The position numbers were made by a program, and so were the translations under genes. The notes below the pieces were generated by a model. That model did not search any database. It was given only the letters and a program-made list of their open reading frames with translations, and had not been told where the DNA came from. Positions 36,316 to 47,385 of a stretch of 64,000 nt of DNA are shown in pieces; the first letter of the stretch is position 1, and the number at the start of each line of letters is the position of its first letter. This DNA comes from Heptranchias perlo (taxonomy: Eukaryota): assembly GCF_035084215.1 (NCBI RefSeq), contig NC_090337.1, forward strand, positions 63,860,001 through 63,924,000, in the 5' to 3' direction.

Positions 36316-39300
36316 TAGAATCATAGAATTATAGAATGATACAGCACAGAAGGAGGCCATTCTTTGAAAGAGCTATCCAATTGGTCCCATTCCCCTGCTC
36401 TTTCCCCATAGCCCTGCAAATGTTTCCTCTTCAAGTATTTATCCAATTCCCTTTTGAAAGTTACTGTTCAATCTGCTTCCACCATCCTTTCAGGCAGTGC
36501 ATTCCAGATCATAACAACTCGCTGCATAAAAATGTTTTTCCTCATGTTGCTACTGGTTCTTTTGTCAATTACCTTCAACCTGTTTCCTTTGGTTACTGAC
36601 CCTTCTGCCACTGGAAACAATTTCTCCTTATTTACTCAATCATAACCCTTCATGATTTGGAACACCTATCAAATCTCCCCAAACTTCTATGCTCCAAGGA
36701 GAACAACCCTGTCTCCATGTAACTGTAGTTTTTCATCCCTGGTACCATTCTAGTAAATCCCCTCTGGAATCTTTCTAAGATCTTGACATCCTTCCTAAAG
36801 TGTGGTGCCCAGAATTGGCCACAATACTTCAGCTGGGGCCTAACCAGTATTTTATAAAAGTTTAGCATAACTTCCTTGCTTTTGTACTCTATGCTTCTAT
36901 TTATAAAGTCTAGGATCCCAGATGCCTTTTTAACAGCCTTTTCAACTTGTCCTACCAACTTCAAAGACTTGTGTACGTACACCCCCAGGTCTCTCTGTTC
37001 CTGTACCCCCTTTAAAATTGTACCATTTCGTTTATATTGTCTCTCCTCATTCTTCCTATGAAAATGTATCACTTCACACTTCTCTGTGTTAAGTTTCATC
37101 TGCCATGTGTCTGCCCATTTCACCAGTCTGTCTATGTTCTCCTGAAGTCTGTTACTATCCTCCACACTGTTCACTACATTTCCGAGTTTTGTGTCATCTA
37201 CAAACTTTAAAATTATGCCCTCTATACCCAAATCCAGGTCATTAATATATATCAAAAAGAGCAGCGGTCCTAATATAGACCCCTGGGGGATAGCACTGTA
37301 TACTTGCCTCCAGCCTGAAAAACAACCATTCACCATTACTCTCTCTTTTCTGTCCATTAGCCAATTTCATATCCACGCAACCACTGCCCCCTTAATCCCA
37401 TGGGGTTCAATTTTGCTAACAATTCTATTATGTGGTACTTTATCAAACACCTTTTGAAAGTCCATATACACAACATCAACCGCACTACCCTCATCATCCT
37501 TCTCCGTTACTTCATCAAAGAACTCAATCAAGTTAGTCAAATAAGATTTGCCTTTAACAAATCAGTGCTGGCTTTCATTTATTAACCCGTATTTTTCCAA
37601 GTGTCAATTAATTTTGTCCCAGATTATTGTCACTAAAAAATGTTCCTACCTGGCCTGTAGTTTCTGGATTTATCCCTCTCGCCTTTTTTTGAACAGGGTG
37701 TAAGATTTGCAATCCTCCAGTCCTCTGGCACCACTCCCATATCTAAGGAGGATTGGCAAATTGTGGCCAGAGTCTCCGCAATTTCTACCTTTACTTCCCA
37801 CAGCAACCTAAAATGCATCCCATCCAGACCGGATGACTTATCTACTTTGAATACCTCCTCTATCTATTTTTATCCTATCCAATTCCTCTGCTACCTCCTC
37901 CTTTACTTTGACATTGGCAACATCCTCTTCTTTAGTGAAGGCAGATGCAAAATATTCATTTAGTTCCTCAGCCATGCCCTCTGCCTCCACAAGATCTCCT
38001 TTTTGGTCCCTAATCAGCCCCAACCTTCCTTTGACTACCCATTTACTATTTATACGTTTATAAAAGACTTTTGGGTTCCATTTTATGTTACCCACCAATT
38101 TATTCTCATACACGCTCTTTGCCCCTCTTATTTCCTTTTTCAGTTCGCCCCTGTACTATCTGTATTTAGCTTGGTTCTCTACTGTATTATGAACCCATCA
38201 TTTGTCATAAGCCTCCTTTTTCTGATTCTTTTTGACCTCTATATCTTTACTCATCCGGGGAGCTCGAGCTTTGGATGCCCTTCCTTTCCTCCGCGTGTGA
38301 ACATGTCTAATCTGTACCTGAACTATCTCCTCCTTGAAGGCCTCCCATTGCTCATTTACTGTTTCACCTGCCAATCTTTGATTCCAATCCACCTGGACCA
38401 GATCCCCTTTCAACTCACTGAAATTAGCCCTCCTCCAGTTTAATGTTTTCACATTTGAATTTTCCTTTTCCTTTTCCATAACTATTCTAAACCTAATATT
38501 GTGATCACAGCTTCCCAAATGCTCCCCCACTGAAACATGCCCCACTTCATTTCCCAGAACTAGATCCAGCACTGCTTCCTTCCTCGTTGGGCTGAAAACA
38601 TACTGATCAAGAAAGTTCTTTTGTACATATTTCAGGAATTCCTTTCCCTCTTTGCCTTTTACACTGTTATTTTCCCAGTCTATATTAGGATAATTGAACT
38701 TCCCCATTACCACTACTCTAAAGTTATTGCATCTTTCTTCAGTTTGTTTGCAAATTTGCTCCTCTATCTCCTTCCCACTATTTGGTGGTCTATAGTATAC
38801 ACCCAGCAGCGTAATAGCTCCTCTATTGTTCCTTAATTCTAACCAAGTAGATTCTATCTTTGAACCCTCAAGTACATCATCCTTTTCTAGTACTGTAACA
38901 GTATCTTTGATCAATACTGTCACCCCCACCCCCCTCCTTTTTCTCAATCCCTATCTTTTCTGAATATATTATAGTCAAGACTATTAATGCCCATTCCTTC
39001 CCTTGTTTGACCACAGTCTCTGTTATTGCCACTATATCGTAATCCCATGTTGCTATTTCCAGCTAACCAAACTTATTTACCATGCTCTGTGCATTTACAT
39101 ACATGCACTCTAAACCCACCTTAGTCTGCTTTGCATTTGCCCCGTCTGATCCCTCCTATTTCTGAACTACTCTTTATTCTAATGCTGTTTGTCTTGCCCA
39201 GGTATCTGTGCACCTTGTATCTCCTCTCTAATGCTTCATCCTGGTGGCCCTCCCCCTGCCAAATTAGTTTATGCCCTCCCCCACCTGCACAAATTAACCT

Positions 39301-39650
39301 TCCTGCGAGGACATTGGTCCCAGCTCTATTAAGGTGCAATCTGTTGATCTTGTACAGGTCCCTCCTTCCCCAGGACTGGTCCCAATGCCCCAGGAATCTA
39401 AAGCCCTTCCTCCTGCACCATTTCTCCAGCCACGCATTAACCTGCCTTATCTTACTGCTCCTATACTCACTAGCACGTGGCACTGGGAGGAATCCAGAGA
39501 TTACTACCTTTGAGATCCTACTCTTTAAACCTCCTCCCTAGCTTCCGAAACTCTGATTGCAGAACCTCAACCCCTTCCCATCTATGTCATTGGTTGCAGC
39601 ATGGACCACCACTTCTGGCTGTTCCCCTTCCCACCGCAAAATTTTCTGCA
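36316..39650 (-). mobile_element. Long CR1 LINE: ORF1 esterase part, ORF2 endonuclease and RT, 3' end
   Basis: SGNH-esterase-like ORF1 (39121-39600, VNAWLEKWCRRKGFRFL...LHLNRAG), APE endonuclease (GVYYRPPN, LDLVL, SCDHN), RT (PQGSILGP, FVDDTK); multiple stops and frameshifts. Confidence 0.93.
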
Positions 39651-40001
39651 CCCTGAGAAACCCGTGCATCAGCAATGAAATCGGGAACCCAATTTAAATA
39701 TGTTAATGAAGTGCCCTGCCTCTCCATGGCGGGACACTCAGTGTCTCTCCGACACTCGGTGGGATGCCCCGATATCCGCTGCCATAAAAAAGGATATGGG
39801 CGCATGCACAGCGTGGTGGGGATGCCTTCCCCATATTTAAGTCTTTAACCCCCCTCCCCTATCGCTCCTCTCCCGTCCGTCGTGAGTTGGGGGAGATAAT
39901 ATCGAGGCCTATGATTCTATATATTAAACACAGTAAGGGCAAGATGGCAGCAAAACATGGTTTTACATTGAGTTGTTCCAAGATGTGACTGAGTCTCTTA
40001 C

Positions 40002-40214
40002 CTTGGTTACCTTAACTTCATTGAGAATCAGGTTGACCTCCGTTTGCAAAGGCCTCCTCCTTCCACCGTGCCTGCACCATTTCTTTGGTTGGCTTCCTTG
40101 TCTTGGTCCCAAATAACTGCTCCCTCTTGTCAATTGGTTGGCCCAAAACAAAACCTCTCTGGAGGAGTCTGAAAACTCGGGGGCTCTGAGCTTTGCTGTA
40201 GTGTCTTCAGACAT
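40002..40214 (-). mobile_element. Decayed Harbinger Myb/SANT-like gene exon
   Basis: RAPEFSDSSREVL resembles the RAPxFSDxxLExL start of Harbinger Myb/SANT proteins; ends at a GTAAG donor; CpG-rich TIR-like stretch at 39660-39910. Confidence 0.45.
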
Positions 40215-40371
40215 GATTCCTGCACAGGCAGCATTTGGAGTCCATGCTCCTTTCTGTTACATAGTTGACCTGCCCCTTTAAGCTGCCACGGCCAGTTAAA
40301 CATTGTCGCGGCTCTGGTTTCCCACGGGCTGTCCTAGAGGCGACCTCCCAATAGGGAGTGCTAATTAAAAA

Positions 40372-40730
40372 ACTTGCATTTATATAGCGCCTTGCACCAC
40401 CTCAAACCGTAGTCACTAATGTAACGTAGGAAATGTGGCAGCCAATTTGCACGTAGCAAGGTCCAACGAGCAGCAATGAGATAATGACCAGCGAATCTGT
40501 TTTAGGTGTTGGCTGAGAGATAAATGTTGATCAGAACACAAGGAAAAACTTTCCTTCGAAATAGTGCCGTGGGATCTTTTATGTCTACCTGAGAGGGCGG
40601 ACGGGGGCCTCGTTTTAACATCTCATCTGAAAGAAGGCACCTCAGACAGTGCAGCACTCCCTCAGAACTGCACTGGGGGCATCAGCCTAGATTTTGTGCT
40701 CAAGTCTCTAAAGTGGGACTTGAACCCACG
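40372..40730 (-). mobile_element. Deu-domain SINE
   Basis: Reverse complement of 22927-23390, head truncated. Confidence 0.88.
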
Positions 40731-41014
40731 AGTAAATCTGTTGAGTAGTTATTGACAGTTAACTATCAGGAAAGTGTGGCTTATATGTAATTAAGGGGCA
40801 TATTGTGGAAATCTTATTTTGCACTATAAAAAATGACAACAGCAGAACTCAGCCAAGGGATGTTACATCTATTTTGAATACCTACTGAAAATAAATTGAT
40901 GACATTTCTCCCCACACAACCTGCCAGCTCTGTGTAGATGTCCATTAGCTTTTGGAGCACAAATGGTTCTTTGCGAACACTGCTTTCTGTTTCAAGAAAA
41001 TAATTAACCGAGGA

Positions 41015-41560
41015 ATAAAAAAGTAAAAACAAAGTGCTGGAAATACTCAGCAGGTCAGGCAGCATGCGTGGAGGCAGAAACAAGAGTTAACGGGGGGGTT
41101 GGGGGGCGGGTGGGAGTTGAAAATAGTTGTTTTTTGGATCGCGACTGCAACCCGGCTTTATTTCCGGGTTTAAAGTCGGCGCGGAAAAGTGCAGGCTTCT
41201 CACTGGGAATGCAAAGTCCGAAAATGTTGTGGTTGCGACCCAAAAAAACAACTATTTTCAACTCCCACCCGCCCCCAACCCACCCGTTCTTGGGATTTAA
41301 AATCACCCCCAATATCGCAGGTGAATGACCTTTTATCAGAACTGGAAGATGTTAACGATGAACAGCTTTTAATCAGGTACAGAGCCGGGGAAAAGGGGGC
41401 CAGGGAAAGAACGAAGGAAAAGGTCTGTGATAGGGTGGAGGGCAGGAGTGATTAAATGACAAAAGGGACGATGGTGCAAGGCAAAGGGGGTGATAATGGG
41501 ACAAGTATAGAAACAAAAGATGGGTCCAGAGGAGGTGTAAATGGTTATAGCAGAATAGCA
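41015..41560 (-). mobile_element. Penelope-like terminal remnant (second family), split by a MITE
   Basis: Minus strand ctgataaaaggtcattcacctg//cgttaactc...tgctgcctgacctgctgagtatttccagcactttg, resembling a shark Penelope end with a degenerate hammerhead core. Confidence 0.6.
41092..41310. mobile_element. Palindromic MITE
   Basis: ~58-bp inverted arms (41092-41150 / 41226-41286); right end taaaatcacccc; left end apparently truncated. Confidence 0.8.
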
Positions 41561-42099
41561 GAGGGGGAGGGAAGCCTGGAAAATCTGGCAAAGCGGAGAT
41601 GGTTGCCGTGGCTCGGGAATGTGGTGGAAGAAAGGCAGGTAGATCCCAGGGGAGTGGACTATCCCGCCGGTGTGTACCAATAGGGGATCCCCACCCCAGG
41701 CACCGGCCCACACCGCCTCCACTCCCAGGGGCTCTGGTGTAGCCATCTTCCATTACCAGCACCTGCTGTCCGAGAGAAAATGGGAGCGGTGGTTAAGATC
41801 TGAAGTGGTTAAACTCCAGGACTGGTGAATTAGCTCATTGGTGGTTTAAGAAACTGGAGGGGGGTGGAGAATGTGGGTTTGCAGGGAAGTAAAAGTAGAC
41901 AGTGAGAAACGTAGGGTCCCTGTAGAATGACGCTGCCTGAGAACTGGGAACAATTTGCCCAGCTTTCCTCTCTGTTGAGGAATGATATGGGTTGTGTACG
42001 TGGGCCCAAAGAGAAAAACACACTTTTTTAAAAAGGCAAATAAGAACTTAAATACTGGATTTTAAAAAAATAATTGCAGACAATTGATTAAGTAAATGC

Positions 42100-42105
42100 T
42101 TTATT
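42100..42105 (-). promoter_or_regulatory. Candidate polyadenylation signal of the MROH-like gene
   Basis: AATAAA on the minus strand ~350 nt past the stop codon, followed by T-rich sequence. Confidence 0.5.
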
Positions 42106-42127
42106 CAAAAATTAACTTTCCAATAAT

Positions 42128-42187
42128 CATAGAATGATACAGCACAGGAGGAGGCCATTTGGCCCATTGTGCCTGTGCTGGCACGAT
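42128..42187 (-). mobile_element. 60-bp CR1 3' tail insertion
   Basis: catagaatgatacagcacaggaggaggccatt...; 7-bp TSD CAATAAT (42121-42127, 42188-42194). Confidence 0.85.
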
Positions 42188-42453
42188 CAATAATAAATAT
42201 AAACAAGTTTTTGTTGCTGAAGATAATTAAAGCAGTGTCCTTTACAGAGAAATAGTGTACAAGTGGGTAAAAAAAACACGCAGCTTCCTATCTGGGGCAT
42301 TAGTGTTGTCAGATAGAACAGCCCAGGCTGTTACCAGACTGATTTCTTGCTTTTGGCCATTTTTAACATCAGAATTCCTTTACTTCAGATACGCTCTTTC
42401 CAAAACACAGTTCCAGCAAATTCCACCTTACAACAGTTTTGTTCTGATGATTC

Positions 42454-45400
42454 TTAGTACATGTGAAGGCGTTCTATTGCCGCGATTGTTTTAATTCGGA
42501 CACTTTGCACGTGATCTGACAGCAAAGTAATCACCTCGTTGCACATCTCATGCGCGGGGGCCGAGCCAAAGTAATCTGGCGGTGCATTGGGCATGAGGAA
42601 ACTTGCAAACGTGACCGCATTTTCTCGCATCTCAGTCTGTAGACTGCTGAAGAAGGAAGCGCAGCTTTTTATGTAGTAGACGACTCTGTCAGGCAAATCC
42701 GTGCTAATGTGCTTGGAGATATCACTCAAATAATTCTCATAATCCAGAGTGCTTTCCTCCAACCCAAGCTCTTGAAACAGCGTGCACATCTTCTTCGACG
42801 TCAACAATGGACCGACCAGGCTCAGCACATGTCTGCAGACCTTCCTCACCTCACTACTCTTGTCATTGAGGTGGAGCAGCAAGCTAGTCAAGGTGGAATA
42901 TATGTGCTCCATGAATACCGGGTTCTGCTGCATACGCCCAAATTTGATGAGCTTTCCCAGTATGTTAAATGCTGCGGCTCTCACCTTGTCCTGCCGATTT
43001 TCGAAGAAAGGCTCAATCGCCAGGGCCACGTCGATTAGAATGGGATCTGCATAATTGTCTTGCAGATTATCCAAGATCTTCGATGCACTTGACATTGCCT
43101 CAATAGCCAGCAGAGCGTTCAGTTTAGAATTCTGATGCATGACGGAAAGCATCGTGGGCAAGAGTTTAGTAACGTATTTGTCTATCTTTTGAGAAGCTCC
43201 GACTGCTGCATTCCCCAAGCCTTTCACAGCCAGCCACTGGACCACAGGGGAATTGTCGATTAAGCATCGAAGCAAGCAGCCCACAAGTGTATCTGTGAGC
43301 AACAACTCTGACACAACTGTGTGATTGAGAAGCTCTCCAAAGAAGGCAGCTGTTGTGATCCTCTGGCTCTCGTGTATGTTAGCAAGGACAGGAGTGAGTT
43401 GGTCGACAATGTTGATGAGGTGAGGGACAGCAAGGTTGGCCATTGTGCTTGCCAGGAGCACAATACCCTCATGGTGCTTTTCTGGCCTCCTGATGAGGTC
43501 CCAGCCTCCTCTTTCTGCCATGCCCGCATCGTGCCCCTTTCCTTGCCTCAGGACAGCTTGAAGTATCTCGACAGAGTAATTACAAGCAGTGATGTTAGAA
43601 GGCTTTGGAAGAAGGCCAAAAGTTTTCCCATCCGCTTGAATTCTAAGAAAGTCCCGAGGCAACCGCGCCTGGACACTGGAGCTGAGATGAATCAGAACAG
43701 TGCTGAATAACTGGGAGTAAAGCATCCCTATCACAGTTTTCGAGTCATGGTTATAGATCATCTCATGAAGAGCACAGATTACAGCCAGAGGCTGATGAGG
43801 CTTTGAATTTGTCACATTCTTGACAAGAGATTCTTTGCTGCTATCGTACAGTAGCTTTAAGTTGTCCAGGAGGTATTTAATTGAGGCCGTGGCTACTGAA
43901 CTGGTTTTCAGTAGTGATCTCCATACATCACTAATGAATTTGTCAAATGGAATGGGGTACCTTAAGAGGCAGGGTAATACTGCTGGCACGTGCTGTGACG
44001 CCAGAATGGAGATAGAACTTGTCACTATTCGTATTATATGCTGCTGAGTAATTGACTGCAGCTGGTTGTGGAGGGCTTTGATCATCCCAGGGACATCTGT
44101 GAGGCCAGCCCCACATTTTGTAATGAGGACATTCATGACAATCGAAGCTGCATAGGAAGTGTTGGCTTGCTCATCAGTAAGTCCTTTGAACATTGTAAAG
44201 AGTAAAGTGTTCAGCTGGTCGTGGGCCACGCAATTTGAGAGAACTTTGCCAACATCGGTGCACACTTGAAACAAGGATTGGCTGCTGACTTGATGTAACC
44301 CGACTTTGATGGCTTTCAGGTGCTCCACCTGAGCGTCTTTCTGATCCGCAGGCACCCTTTCCAAGCGCAGTTGGATGTAAAGTAGTATGTACAAGCATTC
44401 AATGGCTGTCTCCCTTACAATGCATGATGGATCTGTGCAGCGAATCACCATGCATCCAATAATAACAGTCAGGTTATCCGATGGAACCTTATCCTCAAAT
44501 TCAATTTGTTCCAGGTAAAACACCAGGAGTTGTAAAGTGGTCTCAATTGCCTTTTCTCGTTCGTATTCTTTTGCCGATTTCATCCAGACGTCCATGTTCT
44601 TAAATATTGACTGAAGTCCAGCAGGTGACAGATCTAAAAGCAAGAGCTGCTTCAGAAAATCCAGCAGCGAGGCCATTGTGTCAATGAATAGCACGTGCTT
44701 GTCCTCCATGCCCATGGTTGTGTTATCATTGACAGCGCAGACCTCCAAACGTGGCAAGCTGAAGACGCTACTCAGGCATGTTTGAATCAATTCACTATTG
44801 TCATTTAATTGGGGCTGCAGTTTTAAGAGGGAAGTACAGGCGTCAATGGCAGACTTTCGGATAGAGGTTGTCAGTGCTTCCGTTGACTCGGCCTTGATGA
44901 GCTCCTGCATGTAGGTCAGCAGTTCAGCTTTCCTACTGAAGCTGTAGATGAGCTCTTCATCAGATTGGATGGCTCCGGCTAACTGGGTTACAGTCCTGAT
45001 CAGACTTAACTTCAGTGTCAAGTCCTTGACCTCAATTTTCATTCCCAAGATCTTGATATTATAGTGATTGAGCACATTCTCTACAATGTCAGTATCTATT
45101 CTGGCCGGAGTCAGGTCCTTTGGAGAAGATGACACTATACGCCCATAGCACGAGATAAGTGTGCTTTTCACCTTTATTATTTCAATGTCCTCCTGATCCT
45201 TAATAATCCGAAAGTAACTTGCAGTCTTCTTAAAAATGTTTAATTTTGAAAACTCCTTCAGCGCAGTTAGTGCGGTGTCCAAGTGGGTTACAGCACAGTA
45301 GCCAATCCCAGCGGCTATACCCTCTCTCTCCGAAGCGTCATTGTGCCGAACACTCTGTAGCATCTCCTGCAGAATCCTCTTTACCGCTTCTTCATTCTGG

Positions 45401-47385
45401 CTAAGTTGCAGCACTGCACCTAAACACTTGTACACAAACCCCTTCTCTTGCGAAAACTTATCATGACTGTGAAGGCAATTGATCAGTTCTTGGCCAAGCT
45501 GGCCAAGCCAATCATCATCTGCTATCACCTCCAGCGTTTGGGACAAAACATGTACTAATTTTTCTTCCCACTGGCTCTGGAGCAGGGATTTCTTGGAATT
45601 CTCCTGCAGATAGTCAAGCAGAGTTGGAAATTCCTTTTCCCAGACTTGAGTCACTCCTGGGTGGATGTCACAGCCCAGGACTTGCAGTAGGGTCAGAGCA
45701 GGAGCACATCTCCCTTTTCCCAGATGCAGAGATGATGACATAATAAACAGACTTGCTAGCAGTGCGTGACGCCGAGGAAGATTTGAATACTCCTTGTAAT
45801 TGAGAAAACATTCAGTTGACCCAGCTTCTAGTTTCTTCATTGCAAGGGAGGCCAAAGAATTGCAAATTGTGGCTAAGGCATTAGTGTACCGTACCGGGAT
45901 AATAAACTCAAAGAGCAATGGCCAGAGAACATTGTCAATCGGTAATGCTGTCAACATTTTCATCTGTTCTTCGCAAAGCCTCCTTAAATCTAGGTCCGTG
46001 ACCATATCTGCCGTGGTAACGGAGAGCTCCTTAGGGGTTTCCTCATTCTCCCTAGCTGGCAGAGCACACTGTTTGATGATAAACTCCACCATTTCATTTC
46101 CTCCCTCCAAATGTAGGTAATTGTGATTGGCCATGGTGTATATTAACTGGGCAACTTTTCCCTTCACTCTGTTATCGTTGGCTAGAAACACTAGCTTCGT
46201 ACTAGTCAGAATCTGATTCTTCTGACTCGCCATGTAGAGAGGGACCATATTGATAAGGTGATCCAGCACAGTCAGTGTTCCCAGTCGAATTTGGTTGTTG
46301 TTGATTTCCAGCTGCAGCAGAAGAAAATCCACTATCTGGTACGTAAAGGCTGGAGTTAGAAGTTTGAAGCAGCAAAGGACTTCTTTCCGCTGCTTCTGAG
46401 AATATGTGTCAGTGGGCTGGTCCATTGCAATGCAAATCTGATCGTGCAAACTGATAAGCAGGCTGTCCATTTGTATCGTCAGCTCCTCGCTGTTCCTCTC
46501 TATGGCAGTGTGCAGTACACCGTACAGACCCTGTGTGACACAAAAATCGCTAGAGGTTTTCTGGTACATAGACAGGATTGCTGGAATTAACCTGGGCAGT
46601 TCGTTCTCCAGTTTGTCAAAGGGGATCAGATGGGTTATCTGGCCTAATGTCTCTATCACTGCTGTGCTCACATTGTATTCATTCAGGGGCAGCCACATGT
46701 TGAAAAGGACGTCATAAGCAGCGGAAAACTCCTGGAAGAATAAATTCTTCTTCACCGTAGGGTCTGGGGCCTCCTCTATGTCAAACAGGTACGCAAGGAT
46801 GCTTTCACTAAAAATTCCCAAAGCAAAACAGAATACCCACTTGGTTTTCTCATCGGTCACTGTGTGCAGCATAGTCAGCATGGTACGGAGAGCAGGCTTC
46901 AGTAAAGGGACCATGTAATGCACATGTTGTTTACATAGGTTAGCTAGTGCCAGCACCACATAGAAATAGGGTTCCATCCTTGGTTGAAACATTGACAGCA
47001 GCTCATCACAAGCCTCCTTGGTAAACCAATAACCCACATTAAGTAGGAGGCTACTTGCAATTTCCTGGTGCTCATCGGTCACATCCTTCGATTTGGTCAT
47101 TTCTATGGAAGCCAAGGTGATAAGTTTCTTCGCCGCCATCCGGCCCAAGTCGTCAATGTTGTCCTTCACCAGCTGCGCCATCGCCTTTAACAACGCAGTG
47201 CGACGTATCAATGGCAACCTCCTGTGGTGGATGATATACTTACGACAGAACATTAGGACCCCTTCTGCATCGACGCGTCCCAGTTCTTGCAGGGAATCGA
47301 ATACTGTCTGGCTAACTAAGCCACCATCGTCCAAAGGCACCTCCAAAATCTTCGTCAACAAAGCTTCCATTTTGCTGCTCACCAT
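42454..47385 (-). CDS. MROH1-like: Maestro HEAT-like repeat-containing protein, MROH1-like (intronless, probable retrogene)
   Basis: Uninterrupted 1643-aa Leu-rich helical ORF; motifs LASIEMTKSKD, APDPTVKKNLF, AYDVLF, LHDQIC, KEVLCCF, GGNEMVEFIIKQCALP, LLLHLND match MROH1 as recalled, and length is near-identical; strong Kozak (AAAATGG) with an in-frame TGA five codons upstream. Confidence 0.93.
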   Translation of the reverse strand: MVSSKMEALLTKILEVPLDDGGLVSQTVFDSLQELGRVDAEGVLMFCRKYIIHHRRLPLIRRTALLKAMAQLVKDNIDDLGRMAAKKLITLASIEMTKSKDVTDEHQEIASSLLLNVGYWFTKEACDELLSMFQPRMEPYFYVVLALANLCKQHVHYMVPLLKPALRTMLTMLHTVTDEKTKWVFCFALGIFSESILAYLFDIEEAPDPTVKKNLFFQEFSAAYDVLFNMWLPLNEYNVSTAVIETLGQITHLIPFDKLENELPRLIPAILSMYQKTSSDFCVTQGLYGVLHTAIERNSEELTIQMDSLLISLHDQICIAMDQPTDTYSQKQRKEVLCCFKLLTPAFTYQIVDFLLLQLEINNNQIRLGTLTVLDHLINMVPLYMASQKNQILTSTKLVFLANDNRVKGKVAQLIYTMANHNYLHLEGGNEMVEFIIKQCALPARENEETPKELSVTTADMVTDLDLRRLCEEQMKMLTALPIDNVLWPLLFEFIIPVRYTNALATICNSLASLAMKKLEAGSTECFLNYKEYSNLPRRHALLASLFIMSSSLHLGKGRCAPALTLLQVLGCDIHPGVTQVWEKEFPTLLDYLQENSKKSLLQSQWEEKLVHVLSQTLEVIADDDWLGQLGQELINCLHSHDKFSQEKGFVYKCLGAVLQLSQNEEAVKRILQEMLQSVRHNDASEREGIAAGIGYCAVTHLDTALTALKEFSKLNIFKKTASYFRIIKDQEDIEIIKVKSTLISCYGRIVSSSPKDLTPARIDTDIVENVLNHYNIKILGMKIEVKDLTLKLSLIRTVTQLAGAIQSDEELIYSFSRKAELLTYMQELIKAESTEALTTSIRKSAIDACTSLLKLQPQLNDNSELIQTCLSSVFSLPRLEVCAVNDNTTMGMEDKHVLFIDTMASLLDFLKQLLLLDLSPAGLQSIFKNMDVWMKSAKEYEREKAIETTLQLLVFYLEQIEFEDKVPSDNLTVIIGCMVIRCTDPSCIVRETAIECLYILLYIQLRLERVPADQKDAQVEHLKAIKVGLHQVSSQSLFQVCTDVGKVLSNCVAHDQLNTLLFTMFKGLTDEQANTSYAASIVMNVLITKCGAGLTDVPGMIKALHNQLQSITQQHIIRIVTSSISILASQHVPAVLPCLLRYPIPFDKFISDVWRSLLKTSSVATASIKYLLDNLKLLYDSSKESLVKNVTNSKPHQPLAVICALHEMIYNHDSKTVIGMLYSQLFSTVLIHLSSSVQARLPRDFLRIQADGKTFGLLPKPSNITACNYSVEILQAVLRQGKGHDAGMAERGGWDLIRRPEKHHEGIVLLASTMANLAVPHLINIVDQLTPVLANIHESQRITTAAFFGELLNHTVVSELLLTDTLVGCLLRCLIDNSPVVQWLAVKGLGNAAVGASQKIDKYVTKLLPTMLSVMHQNSKLNALLAIEAMSSASKILDNLQDNYADPILIDVALAIEPFFENRQDKVRAAAFNILGKLIKFGRMQQNPVFMEHIYSTLTSLLLHLNDKSSEVRKVCRHVLSLVGPLLTSKKMCTLFQELGLEESTLDYENYLSDISKHISTDLPDRVVYYIKSCASFFSSLQTEMRENAVTFASFLMPNAPPDYFGSAPAHEMCNEVITLLSDHVQSVRIKTIAAIERLHMY

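Noticed and set aside
19572-40730. tRNA genes suggested by A/B-box-like motifs
   Set aside because: They are SINE heads followed by Deu cores or SINE bodies; no cloverleaf could be built.
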